From positions 8,950 through 72,949 of IMG/VR virus record IMGVR_UViG_3300036884_000163: 64,000 bases of DNA; one strand, written 5' to 3'. This document shows, piece by piece, positions 47,356 through 56,471 of this stretch. The translations under genes were made by a program, and so were the position numbers. Under the pieces are notes generated by a model. That model had not been told where the DNA came from. It ran no database searches and worked only from the letters and a program-made list of their open reading frames with translations. Every line of letters starts with the position of its first letter. Position 1 is the first letter of the stretch. The stretch comes from a virus.

Positions 47356-50300
47356 TTAGCTGCTCGTCGATGTGCCGGCTAAGGTCGTACATTTCAGACT
47401 GTAGGCCGAAGCACCAGTCTGAAACGAGAAACAGGAGAATGAGTTCCCAATTCCTGGAGTGGCGAAGATGATATGAGTCACTCCGGATGCAGAACCATCG
47501 AGGTATATATTCGCTGCGGTCGTGCCATTTGTGACCGAATTATATTGCCAAGCATAAGCTCCGGGAGCCGTGCCGACGATCATAATAAAATTCATGCCCG
47601 CCGCTGGCGTCGGACCCGTGATCGCTACCGCAGCCGTCGTCTGACCATAGTTCCATGCCATCGCATTCGAAAGTTGCGCTGCGGTCGGACTGCAAGCCGT
47701 ATGACAGTCGATGGATTGTGGAGTGACAGATGCGGTAGTCAACGTAGGGGAGGTCGAAGGCGCTTTGGCGTTGAGTTGTGTTTGAATGCTAGATGTAGGA
47801 TCGACATAACCCATGACCGTCGAAGTCACGCCGTCCACCGTTTTGTTGGTTAAGACCTGTGTGTCAGTCGTTCCAACGATTGTTCCCGTGGGGGCCGCGA
47901 CGGACGAGGTAATCGTATTCGCTGTTGCCGCGACTGGGATCTGCGTTGCCGTCATTCCAGAGAGTCCGCTGCTGCCGGCCGCGCCGAATGGCCCCACGGT
48001 TCCACCATTGATTCGGGCATACATTCCAGCAGTAGTGGTCCATAAGTCTCCGTTTACTGGGCTAGTAGGTGCGGAACCATGCGGAACATTTAATCCAGTA
48101 GTCGTAGTAGTAGATGCAGCCGTTACAACTTCTGCGGTGTGGGTTTGCACCGCTGTCCAAGTCGCCGCCCGACCGAGAAACCCAGCACAACCAAAATTAT
48201 GCACTACAGCGGATCCATCGCTGTACTCGGCGCTAAAACAATGGTTCGTTGAATCAAACGTGGTTTCGTGCGTAAAAATTGGCAATGTCGTGTCTAGTGC
48301 GCCTTCGGTGGCCAAGTCGTAGGGAGGAGTTCCACCTGAATTTCCTGTGATTGGCGTACCCTCAGAAAACGAAGTCGTGGAGGCTAGGGTCGAGAAAAAG
48401 CCTGGCGCCGGAGTTGTTCCACCGATTGTTGGCGGCGCAGCGTAGCTTTGCGTTGCGAAGGTTCCAAACGCCACATTGTTGGTTTTGGTGCAGGTAGCGA
48501 CGCCCGTGCTGGCGAGCGTGCAGTCTTGGCTCAGGGCCGTTGGCGCATAAGCGGTTCCACCAGAATTTCCAACCGCCAGGTAGCCTGCCCCCGGCGCGGT
48601 GTTTGGCATGACTGCGGCCTTCGTCTGCGCGTCGTTGGTTACGCTGCTCAGGCCGACAGACGTTTTCGTAACCGAGATCGCGCCCGCCGTATTTAGGACG
48701 CTGGTGCCATCCGGCTTGACGCCGCCCAAAACAGATGCAGTGGCCGTCGGCAGCGAGTAGAGCGCCGCGAAGGCCCCTGTGTTCAAAGCTCCCGACGCTG
48801 ACGGTTTCTGGCCGTGCGTTCCGTCTGCAACCATTGGCACCTCTGCGGTTGTTCCCGGATCAGAGGAGGTCGCCGTGCCCGCTGCAGAACCAAACACCGT
48901 TAGCGTCGTTGCCCAGGCCGTGCAAGGCGTTCCTATACAAACTGGAACTCCTGGTGTGGTGGGCCACGTCATCGCGCTACCGGAGGATCCGCAGCCTGTT
49001 CCGGTGGATAAAATCACGCCTGAAGAAACATTGAGGCAACCATTCGACAAGCTGGCTAGCGTAACACTCTGATCGAACTTCGCCGGAACGTTGAACTCTT
49101 TCAGCGATGCGGTCAACCTTTCCAGCCAGTTTGCGGTTACGCCATCGCCAACCTGCGCGATGTAATTCGTAATTGACACCGGGGCTCCAAACGCAAGCTG
49201 CCCCGAACTCAGTCCCACTCCGGCGCTCGGCACATCCGTGCCAATCCACGTATCGTTCGCACTTGCTGGTGGACGATACCCCCACGTTGCTTGAGTCAGG
49301 GCAGGCTGGGAATCAATCAGTGTGATGATATGGTGTGGATTTAGGCCCGGGGTAAACAGGGAAAAATTCAGTCTTCCTTTTGCTAAGACCGAAAAGGAAT
49401 TATGGGGGTTATTGTCCTGCAAGAACGTGGCGGTGGCGTTAGGGATGCTATTATTCGTGGTATTGATACTCGACAAACAAACTGTAGCTCCTCCTGGCGA
49501 CGCTGCTCCGTAGACCGAGCACCGATTCGCAACCTGAATCGGATCTCCATACAATCCAATTCCTACGACGTTCCCTACTTCCACATCTACCTTAACAGTT
49601 TTGTTGACCGCTACTATTGAACCGGGCCAGAAGTTTAATTGTCCTGCATAATTCCCAGCCTTAATCGTGTATGCGGAAGTGGATGACGATCCTGTATCAG
49701 TGTAAGTACAAACCAACGTCCCCGAACAAGCCGTGGCTTGAGATAGGTTGTGCGCCACATATCCGCACGTCCCACCCGATCCACCGGGGCATCCGCCATT
49801 GTAGGGATAGACTGCACCGACTCCAACCGGAGTTGTCATGCGGATTACGTCATAGGTGATCGTGTCAGTTCCGTTTGCCACTCGCGGCCAACTAACCGGA
49901 ATTGAATCGCTTCCGGTAGAACTCCAATTGAGAATCTGCATCGGAGAGGTTTGCGTATTGGCAGTCGTATCATTGGCTACGATGTAATAGGTGTATGGCG
50001 TAGCGCCAGCTGCCGTTCCGAACACCGTCCCTGCGGTTAAAACAGAGCTTGTCGTCAACTGAAAAGTGCTGGAATTGCTTGCAGTGACTGACCAAGTACC
50101 GTTGTACCCTGATGGAGTCATTCCGGTTATGGCTACGTTGTTTGTTCCTGTGCCGGGATTCAGTGTTGACGTTATTGTGATCGTGTAAGTAGGGCCACCA
50201 CCAGATTCACTGGCTGCCGTGATCGCGGCACTGGAGACGCCAGCCTGAAACGCACCCTCAGGTGCCGGTCCGGCAATCTGAAAATTTGCATTTAGGGTCG

Positions 50301-52746
50301 ATTCTCCGGCAATCAAACCAGCAATTCCAAGACCAGGAAAGGGAGACTCGGCAGCGGAGCACGAGGATGGATAGCTACTACAAGGCGGATTGGCGGCAGC
50401 GCTGCTCTCGGAGTAGATGTTCTTAAGGTAGGCTCCCTGATAGTTTCCGGTGGAGTTCGATGAATACACTTGCCACAACGAGGTGGCCTGAATGACTGTG
50501 TTCTCGATGTACAACCCGTTCGAATTATAGACGGTTATTCCTAGTTGTTGAGAAGTGATGTTCGAGTCGCGCAGCGTGATGACCGAAGCGTGATTATGCG
50601 CTATGTTCATCTGGCCACCCGAGAAGACATAGGAACCGATCCACGTTGCACCACCGTTTAATCCCGCGCTATTGTTATTGAAGTGGTCAACGGTCGCGTT
50701 CTCGTCATCCCAGAAATCGAAGAAATTATTGAATGCACCGTTCTCTCCTACAAGGTCGCCAGAAATATCGTTAAAGTGTGTACCGTTTGCATTGTCCAAA
50801 ATCGCTTCATAAGCTAAGGCAACGACTCCGGGAGTATTCATGGAAACGGGCGCTCCGGGATGTGCGTAAGTATAGGTCACACTCGACGGCACGGACGTAA
50901 TAACGGCATCTCCCCAATAAGTTGAGCTGTCCGTAAACATCTGCGTAACTATGTCACCCGGACGAAATCCGTGGGCGGATGCCGTGGTGATTGTAGCAAT
51001 GCCGCCAGAGAAGGATGTGTTGGTAATGTTTACGCCAGCATATGCGGCGATAGATGAGTGATCGGTTGGAGTACGGAAACTGATGCCTTGAATGGTGTTA
51101 CTTACAAAATCATTGGCGTTTACGCGATCGCCGACCTGGATACAAGCTCCACGCCCAACGCAATTCAGGGAGGTTCCATATCCGCTCAGTGTAGACTGGT
51201 TAGCGTGGACGAAGATCGTGCCGTAAACGTTGTAGTTGTTTATTGAATGCGGATAGCCTGGACCGTTCGCAGGAATTGTTACATTGCATTGGGCGTTCTT
51301 GTAGTACGTTGGGTCGGTACCGCAAGCGACGTTGACCGTTTCCTGAATGCCAGAAGAGGCCGAACCGATTGTGTAGGCAGAGTGTGAGAAGAAGGGCGTG
51401 AAGAGAATGGTCCCTCCACTCCCCGCGGTATAAGTGCCACCCGTCACGTTCACTGCTTCGCTATTTGAACCATCCGTGATGTAGACCTGATAGCCAGCGC
51501 CCGAACTCACGTCAATGCCAACGATTCCCGAAGCAAGAGTCACAGTTGCCGCCGTATTCGCCGTGAGCGCCGTAGTCGAAGATTTCGACCAGTTCATCGC
51601 CGATGTCACGTAGGCGGTGGGGGGATTAGGACATTCCACACTGACATTCGGAGCCGACTGCTGAAACAGGCAGTTAAAATAGCCAGTCTGCGGTGCGGGC
51701 GTTGCAGCGTTCAGGTTGGCCGCCGACTGCGATACGCTGTTTACGCTGAAGGGGAAGCTACCAGGCGAAGGAACTGGGATCCATGTCTGGTTGCCAGCAA
51801 GAATCGTAGCCGAGTTCGCCGCGCCACTGCCTAGTTGAGCCGTGGGCACATACCCACCGACCAGGCTCGCCTTGGCGGCTAAACCGGTGTCCACATATCC
51901 CTTGTTGCTTGCGTGGTTAATCGCCGTAGGGTTCCCTGGCAGCGTGATCGGACCTGTGACCGTTCCCCCGACGAGCGATAGATAAGAGCCGCCCGAGCCA
52001 GGGGCGAACTGGCTAGCGAGATTCCCTACCGGGCACCCAAGCGAGATGTCGCCAGTCGTATCCGTAGCGAAGTTGCAGTTCAGAAATCCCGCGCCAAAGA
52101 GTGGCAGAACGTTGTTGAAGTTCGCCACCGGGACGGTGCTCCCAAGCGGGACGCTGTTCACGCTGATGTTCGCCGCCCCTACGACACCGACGCCCAATCC
52201 GATGACGGTCGCCTGCGAGAAGTCGAAGAGGCCTTTAAAGAATGCCGAGGTGCCGGTTGGCTGCGTCCAAGTCTGGCTGTTGATGGGATTGCCGAAGAGT
52301 TGATAGAAGCCGGGAGGCGGGGGAATCACGGTGCACGGCTGCGTCAGGGCAGGATTGAAGGTGTCGCCGCTCGTCAGGCAGTAATACTCCGGCTGTCCGC
52401 CGGCTTGGTTGCTCGCTTTGTACTCGGTTACGAGCCACTGGGTAGAGTTCACGTTCCCACAAAGGATTTGGTCTTGCCCGTAAACACTACCAGCGATTAG
52501 ACCTGTGGTCGGATTAGGACGCATATCGAACTGCTGCGCGACGATGGCAAAGGCATTTCCTTGTACCTGGGGGACGTTATTTCCACAGTTCCACAGTTCG
52601 AAGTGGAGATAACCGGTCTTTTGAATGTTGCCCTGGCCGTCGGTAAGCGTTGCTGTGACGGTGACGCCGGGAGCTTGAGCGTAGGCGCACACTCCAAGCG
52701 TTAGCAGGGTGATAGCCGATAACGCCTTGAGTAACAATGCACGCAT
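47356..52746 (-). CDS. tail fibre / tailspike-like protein with N-terminal signal peptide (ORF extends to 52899)
   Basis: Fibre motifs GGTVTGPITLPGNP...NKGYVD, LPTATASVLGGVK, VGLSSVTN, TQVLTNKT, SSIQTQLNAK; central beta-helix. Confidence 0.75.
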   Translation of the reverse strand: MRALLLKALSAITLLTLGVCAYAQAPGVTVTATLTDGQGNIQKTGYLHFELWNCGNNVPQVQGNAFAIVAQQFDMRPNPTTGLIAGSVYGQDQILCGNVNSTQWLVTEYKASNQAGGQPEYYCLTSGDTFNPALTQPCTVIPPPPGFYQLFGNPINSQTWTQPTGTSAFFKGLFDFSQATVIGLGVGVVGAANISVNSVPLGSTVPVANFNNVLPLFGAGFLNCNFATDTTGDISLGCPVGNLASQFAPGSGGSYLSLVGGTVTGPITLPGNPTAINHASNKGYVDTGLAAKASLVGGYVPTAQLGSGAANSATILAGNQTWIPVPSPGSFPFSVNSVSQSAANLNAATPAPQTGYFNCLFQQSAPNVSVECPNPPTAYVTSAMNWSKSSTTALTANTAATVTLASGIVGIDVSSGAGYQVYITDGSNSEAVNVTGGTYTAGSGGTILFTPFFSHSAYTIGSASSGIQETVNVACGTDPTYYKNAQCNVTIPANGPGYPHSINNYNVYGTIFVHANQSTLSGYGTSLNCVGRGACIQVGDRVNANDFVSNTIQGISFRTPTDHSSIAAYAGVNITNTSFSGGIATITTASAHGFRPGDIVTQMFTDSSTYWGDAVITSVPSSVTYTYAHPGAPVSMNTPGVVALAYEAILDNANGTHFNDISGDLVGENGAFNNFFDFWDDENATVDHFNNNSAGLNGGATWIGSYVFSGGQMNIAHNHASVITLRDSNITSQQLGITVYNSNGLYIENTVIQATSLWQVYSSNSTGNYQGAYLKNIYSESSAAANPPCSSYPSSCSAAESPFPGLGIAGLIAGESTLNANFQIAGPAPEGAFQAGVSSAAITAASESGGGPTYTITITSTLNPGTGTNNVAITGMTPSGYNGTWSVTASNSSTFQLTTSSVLTAGTVFGTAAGATPYTYYIVANDTTANTQTSPMQILNWSSTGSDSIPVSWPRVANGTDTITYDVIRMTTPVGVGAVYPYNGGCPGGSGGTCGYVAHNLSQATACSGTLVCTYTDTGSSSTSAYTIKAGNYAGQLNFWPGSIVAVNKTVKVDVEVGNVVGIGLYGDPIQVANRCSVYGAASPGGATVCLSSINTTNNSIPNATATFLQDNNPHNSFSVLAKGRLNFSLFTPGLNPHHIITLIDSQPALTQATWGYRPPASANDTWIGTDVPSAGVGLSSGQLAFGAPVSITNYIAQVGDGVTANWLERLTASLKEFNVPAKFDQSVTLASLSNGCLNVSSGVILSTGTGCGSSGSAMTWPTTPGVPVCIGTPCTAWATTLTVFGSAAGTATSSDPGTTAEVPMVADGTHGQKPSASGALNTGAFAALYSLPTATASVLGGVKPDGTSVLNTAGAISVTKTSVGLSSVTNDAQTKAAVMPNTAPGAGYLAVGNSGGTAYAPTALSQDCTLASTGVATCTKTNNVAFGTFATQSYAAPPTIGGTTPAPGFFSTLASTTSFSEGTPITGNSGGTPPYDLATEGALDTTLPIFTHETTFDSTNHCFSAEYSDGSAVVHNFGCAGFLGRAATWTAVQTHTAEVVTAASTTTTTGLNVPHGSAPTSPVNGDLWTTTAGMYARINGGTVGPFGAAGSSGLSGMTATQIPVAATANTITSSVAAPTGTIVGTTDTQVLTNKTVDGVTSTVMGYVDPTSSIQTQLNAKAPSTSPTLTTASVTPQSIDCHTACSPTAAQLSNAMAWNYGQTTAAVAITGPTPAAGMNFIMIVGTAPGAYAWQYNSVTNGTTAANIYLDGSASGVTHIIFATPGIGNSFSCFSFQTGASAYSLKCTTLAGTSTSS

Positions 52747-52898
52747 TCTAATGAGGCGCCCATGCGCCCGAGCTTCCACCGAACGACACCGCGCGCAGCA
52801 GAAGACACCAGTCGTTTGCCCTGGCGAGCCCTCTGTGTCCACGTGACCGAACAATCGGCACAACACAATGAGCGCTAACGCCTTGAGAGTAGGTCGCA

Positions 52899-53123
52899 TC
52901 AGTCTTCCGCGTGCTCGAGCACCACGACGTTCTCCGCCTTCAGGCCCTTCTCGCCTTTGGTAACATCAAACTCCACCACGTCACCCTCGGTGAGTTTGCG
53001 GTAGCCCTCGGCTTGGATGGCGCTAAAGTGAACAAAAGCTTCTCGGTTGCTGCCATCATCCAAAATCAGAAAGCCGTATCCCTTAGCGTTGTTAAACCAC
53101 TTGCAAATGCCTCGTTCTGCCAT
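52899..53123 (-). CDS. cold-shock protein (CspA family)
   Basis: KWFNNAKGYGF (RNP1), AFVHFSAIQ (RNP2). Confidence 0.93.
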   Translation of the reverse strand: MAERGICKWFNNAKGYGFLILDDGSNREAFVHFSAIQAEGYRKLTEGDVVEFDVTKGEKGLKAENVVVLEHAED

Positions 53124-53162
53124 AGCGATCTACTGCTCCTTTTCATCTGTGAATTCTTGCTT

Positions 53163-53480
53163 CTACTGGAAATCGCGGTGAAACGTATGCTCGCCCACCA
53201 CCACGGGTCTGGCTTCTTCTAACGCTCCAATCATCGCTGTCGAGATGGGCGGGATAGGCTCGAGGGTGGGGTTGGCGCAGTCGCGATGAACTGTCGCTAC
53301 TGGGTCGTTGGCACCTATATAAATCACCGTGCGCCACTTGTGATTGCGCAAAATTTGCTGCTGGCATTTCGCGCAGATGCGCTTCTGTCGCTGATTGCCT
53401 TTTTTGGCACGTTTCTTCGTCAACGGGTTACGACGATAGAACGCTACTCCCCATTTAATCCACTGCCTGAACGTCTTCAT
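53163..53480 (-). CDS. hypothetical Zn-binding protein
   Basis: CAKC...HRDC; start inferred. Confidence 0.45.
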   Translation of the reverse strand: MKTFRQWIKWGVAFYRRNPLTKKRAKKGNQRQKRICAKCQQQILRNHKWRTVIYIGANDPVATVHRDCANPTLEPIPPISTAMIGALEEARPVVVGEHTFHRDFQ

Positions 53481-53496
53481 AGCTTCACTCCACCTT

Positions 53497-53886
53497 CTAC
53501 CGCTCATTCGTGGCTCGCACACTCGTTTTGCGGTCTCGCGCACCATGCGCCCCTGCCCTAACTTTGAACTGACCAGCTCGGCCGCCAACGACGCCCTCAA
53601 CTAGCTGCATCGACTTCCCAACTGGACCGCCGAGTTCGCCGGAGATCCCTACGCCGCGCCAGATCACGGCGATCACCGGCGCCACTACCCAGCCATCAAT
53701 GAGCCACCGCCACCGCGCAATCCCTTCTGGCTTCTTGATTTCCGCTTGGGCCGCGGTGAGGTCGATGTGCATGTGATGCCCGCGCGTGGGATATTTACCC
53801 ATTTGACATGCGGGGTAGACTTGGTGAAATTCGAGACTTTCGGCCTCTCTCCGACTAAGAAGACAACACTGATAGCGCTTACTCAT
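53497..53886 (-). CDS. hypothetical protein
   Basis: ATGA-coupled to the HNH gene. Confidence 0.4.
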   Translation of the reverse strand: MSKRYQCCLLSRREAESLEFHQVYPACQMGKYPTRGHHMHIDLTAAQAEIKKPEGIARWRWLIDGWVVAPVIAVIWRGVGISGELGGPVGKSMQLVEGVVGGRAGQFKVRAGAHGARDRKTSVRATNER

Positions 53887-54371
53887 GCGGCCCTCTTTCT
53901 TTGCCGCTTGTTGCGATTCTGTTCAACGGCTGTGGCCCAGCGGCAGTTGCCCGGTTCGTAGTTGCCGTTGTTTTCGATCCGGTCAATGCTGTGTGCAGGA
54001 GAAGGGCGTGGCCCCATATCAGCGAAGAAGTTCTCGAACTTCCGCCAGCGCTCACAGATCGTGATTCCACGGCCACCGTAGTACTGGTAATTTGAAGCCT
54101 TTGGGTTACAAATCCGCTGGTTCATGCTTCTCCACGAGTTGTTCGTCAGGGACCCAGACATTCCGTGGAGGGTGTTTCGATGAAGCAACTTTTGGCGCAG
54201 GAGACATCCACAACTGTGAATGCCATCCCGACGCAAATTTCCCGACGTTACGACGCATAACTTGCCGCAGTCACAGGAGCACAACCATGCAGCCCAACGA
54301 CGGATTCTCCCTGCTGGCCAGCGGGCGATCAGGCGCCCAAAGCGGTGATTTGTTTTATCGTGGATTTGCAA
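53883..54371 (-). CDS. HNH homing-type endonuclease
   Basis: RFGRL..CSCDCG..SCGC..YGGRGITICERW..SIDRIENNGNYEPGNCRWAT. Confidence 0.88.
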   Translation of the reverse strand: MQIHDKTNHRFGRLIARWPAGRIRRWAAWLCSCDCGKLCVVTSGNLRRDGIHSCGCLLRQKLLHRNTLHGMSGSLTNNSWRSMNQRICNPKASNYQYYGGRGITICERWRKFENFFADMGPRPSPAHSIDRIENNGNYEPGNCRWATAVEQNRNKRQRKRAA

Positions 54372-54435
54372 TTTGAATTTGTGTGTGCGGAGAAGTGCTA
54401 TTGCTCAATCTCGGGGTGCGAGATCGCCGCGAGTA

Positions 54436-54595
54436 GCCCTCCAGTTTTGGTCAGGAAAGGAGGCCCCTGTCAGGAAGAAACCCGGTCAGCGGTTCCTGAA
54501 GTTTCCCGGCACCGCTCGCGATACGTTACCGGGGAACTGACAACAGTTTGCATGGATTTGCTTTTACGATAGCCGTATTCACAGAAATAAATCAA
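54436..54595 (-). promoter_or_regulatory. structured leader copy 2 with sigma70-like promoter
   Basis: TTGATT (54595-54590), 18 bp, TATCGT (54571-54566), then three hairpins ending CCTGACCAAAACTGGAGGGC. Confidence 0.6.
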
Positions 54596-54631
54596 TCTTA
54601 AAATCTCTCTATTCTGTGGATAACGCATGTG

Positions 54632-54927
54632 TTATAGGTAAGACGGCGAGGTAATCGCGAATTCTACTGGCATCCCGCCAGCAATCCGCCTTGCAAGCAT
54701 GCGGCACCCCACCTTGCACCGTAGGTCTTCCGACCATTCCTTTACGGTGCGCGTCTCTCCGAAAGCGGTCACGGTTGCCTTGGTTGATCCGCCCTTGTTG
54801 CGTCCCAGCCATCGACTGTTGCGCCGATTCTGGGCCTGCTCTTTTCGTGTGGCCCATTTGCAGTTCCCAGGTTCGTAGTTGCCGTCATTCTCGATCCGCT
54901 CGATGGTCAGGCCGGATGGCCTGCGCC
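54632..54927 (-). pseudogene. C-terminal part of an HNH endonuclease disrupted by IS1
   Basis: RRPSGLTIERIENDGNYEPGNCKWAT begins exactly at the IS end. Confidence 0.85.
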
Positions 54928-54987
54928 GGTAGTGGGCTACTTTGAATTTCATTGGTTTAGTTTCCCTTGCCATGGCATACTGAAACC

Positions 54988-55245
54988 ATGCCAAAGCGTA
55001 TAAGCAAACGACCAATTGACATAAACCAAGCGGCATTCCAGATGGTGCATCGTTCCACGGGCACCGAGACCAGCGAACCGCGTCTGCCGAAGGTCTCCGA
55101 GGCCGTCTCCCGCGTCATGGCTGCTATGGGCCGCCGTGGTGGGCGAATAGGCGGGAAGCGCCGACTAATCACCATGACCGCTGATGAGCGCCGCGTAGTA
55201 GCGCAAAAGGCTGCCCGAACGCGATGGGCGAAGAAATCGGAGTGA
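54988..55245 (+). CDS. small basic IS1 passenger protein
   Basis: RPIDINQAA...MGRRGGRIGG...ERRVVAQKAARTRW. Confidence 0.75.
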   Translation: MPKRISKRPIDINQAAFQMVHRSTGTETSEPRLPKVSEAVSRVMAAMGRRGGRIGGKRRLITMTADERRVVAQKAARTRWAKKSE

Positions 55246-55249
55246 CATT

Positions 55250-55465
55250 ATGCCAATGACCGAAAACGGGAAATGCCCGAAATGCGATGCCCGGTTAAAA
55301 CGTGTTGACGTTGAATACACAGAGATTCGTGGCTATAAAACCGCATACAAAGGCGTCAACTATGTTTGCCCCCACTGCTCCGCAGTTCTGAGCGTTTCGA
55401 TTGACCCACTCGCCGTGAAGAACCTGATTGTCTCGGAGGTTTTGAAGGCTTTGGGTAGGGGTTGA
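55250..55465 (+). CDS. Zn-ribbon passenger protein
   Basis: CPKC...CPHC. Confidence 0.65.
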   Translation: MPMTENGKCPKCDARLKRVDVEYTEIRGYKTAYKGVNYVCPHCSAVLSVSIDPLAVKNLIVSEVLKALGRG

Positions 55466-55553
55466 ACATCGTTTGCCCTCCCTTGTGCCGCACATCCACG
55501 CACAAGAATTGTTTTCTCATGGAAAATCTCTCTCCAGTGCTCTAACATTTCCC

Positions 55554-55582
55554 TTGACAATGCTAAAGCGGTTTAGTATACT
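55554..55582 (+). promoter_or_regulatory. near-consensus sigma70 promoter of the IS1 transposase with palindromic operator
   Basis: TTGACA, 17 bp, TATACT; CTAAA-GCGG-TTTAG palindrome in the spacer. Confidence 0.75.
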
Positions 55583-55591
55583 GTGCTCATT

Positions 55592-56452
55592 ATGAATCGC
55601 TTAGGAAGCGAAACGAGAGCACAAGTGATTAACTGCTTGATCGAAGGTTGCTCGATCAGGTCCACCGTCCGAATGACCGGCGTTGCCAAGAAAACCGTCA
55701 TGCGGCTGCTGGTGGAAGTTGGCGACGTTTGCGCCGACTACCAGGACAAGGCGTTCCACAATCTCAACTGCCGCCGTCTGCAACTTGATGAAATGTGGGG
55801 CTGGATCTACTGCAAAGCCAAAAACCGAACGGAAGAAATAGCCAAGAACAATCCCGACGCTGGCGACGTTTGGCTCTGGGTTGCCGTGGATGCCGATACC
55901 AAACTCGTTCCCTGTTGGACGCTTGGAAGCCGCGATGCTCACACAGCCAAGGATTTTGTCGATGACCTTGCAAGCCGCTTGAAGAATCGCGTCCAGATCA
56001 CCAGCGACGGGCATCGTCCCTACATTGAAGCGATTGAAAACGCCTTTGGCGATGACGTTGACTACTCGATATTGCAGAAAATCTACGGCGCGCCCTTGGA
56101 AACCGAGACGCGCTACTCTCCCGCTCGTTGCATCGGTATTGACGTGCGGCCCGTCACCGGCGATCCAGACCCCAAGCACATTTCGACAAGTTTTGTAGAG
56201 CGCCAGAACTGGACGGTTCGCGGAAGAATGCGCCGGTACACGCGCCTGTCTAACGGCTTTTCGCGCAAGATGCGGAACCACGCCGCGGCAACCGCCCTCA
56301 ATTACTTTGCCTACAACTTCATTCAGATTCACAGGACGATCCGTATGTCCCCCGCGATGGCAGCCGGAGTGACTGACAGGCTGTGGAGCGTCGAAGACTT
56401 GGTTGCATTGTGGGAGTCCTACGAAGCCAACCAAGCACCCATAGCGGCATAG
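55592..56452 (+). CDS. IS1-family DDE transposase
   Basis: N-terminal HTH; QLDEMW, WVAVDADTKL, ITSDG, STSFVERQN..R..RRYTRL..GFS. Confidence 0.92.
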   Translation: MNRLGSETRAQVINCLIEGCSIRSTVRMTGVAKKTVMRLLVEVGDVCADYQDKAFHNLNCRRLQLDEMWGWIYCKAKNRTEEIAKNNPDAGDVWLWVAVDADTKLVPCWTLGSRDAHTAKDFVDDLASRLKNRVQITSDGHRPYIEAIENAFGDDVDYSILQKIYGAPLETETRYSPARCIGIDVRPVTGDPDPKHISTSFVERQNWTVRGRMRRYTRLSNGFSRKMRNHAAATALNYFAYNFIQIHRTIRMSPAMAAGVTDRLWSVEDLVALWESYEANQAPIAA

Positions 56453-56471
56453 GGCTGATAAAATTTCAGCC

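Noticed and set aside
42028-52899. Diversity-generating retroelement acting on fibres
   Set aside because: No reverse transcriptase and no TR/VR pair noticed by eye
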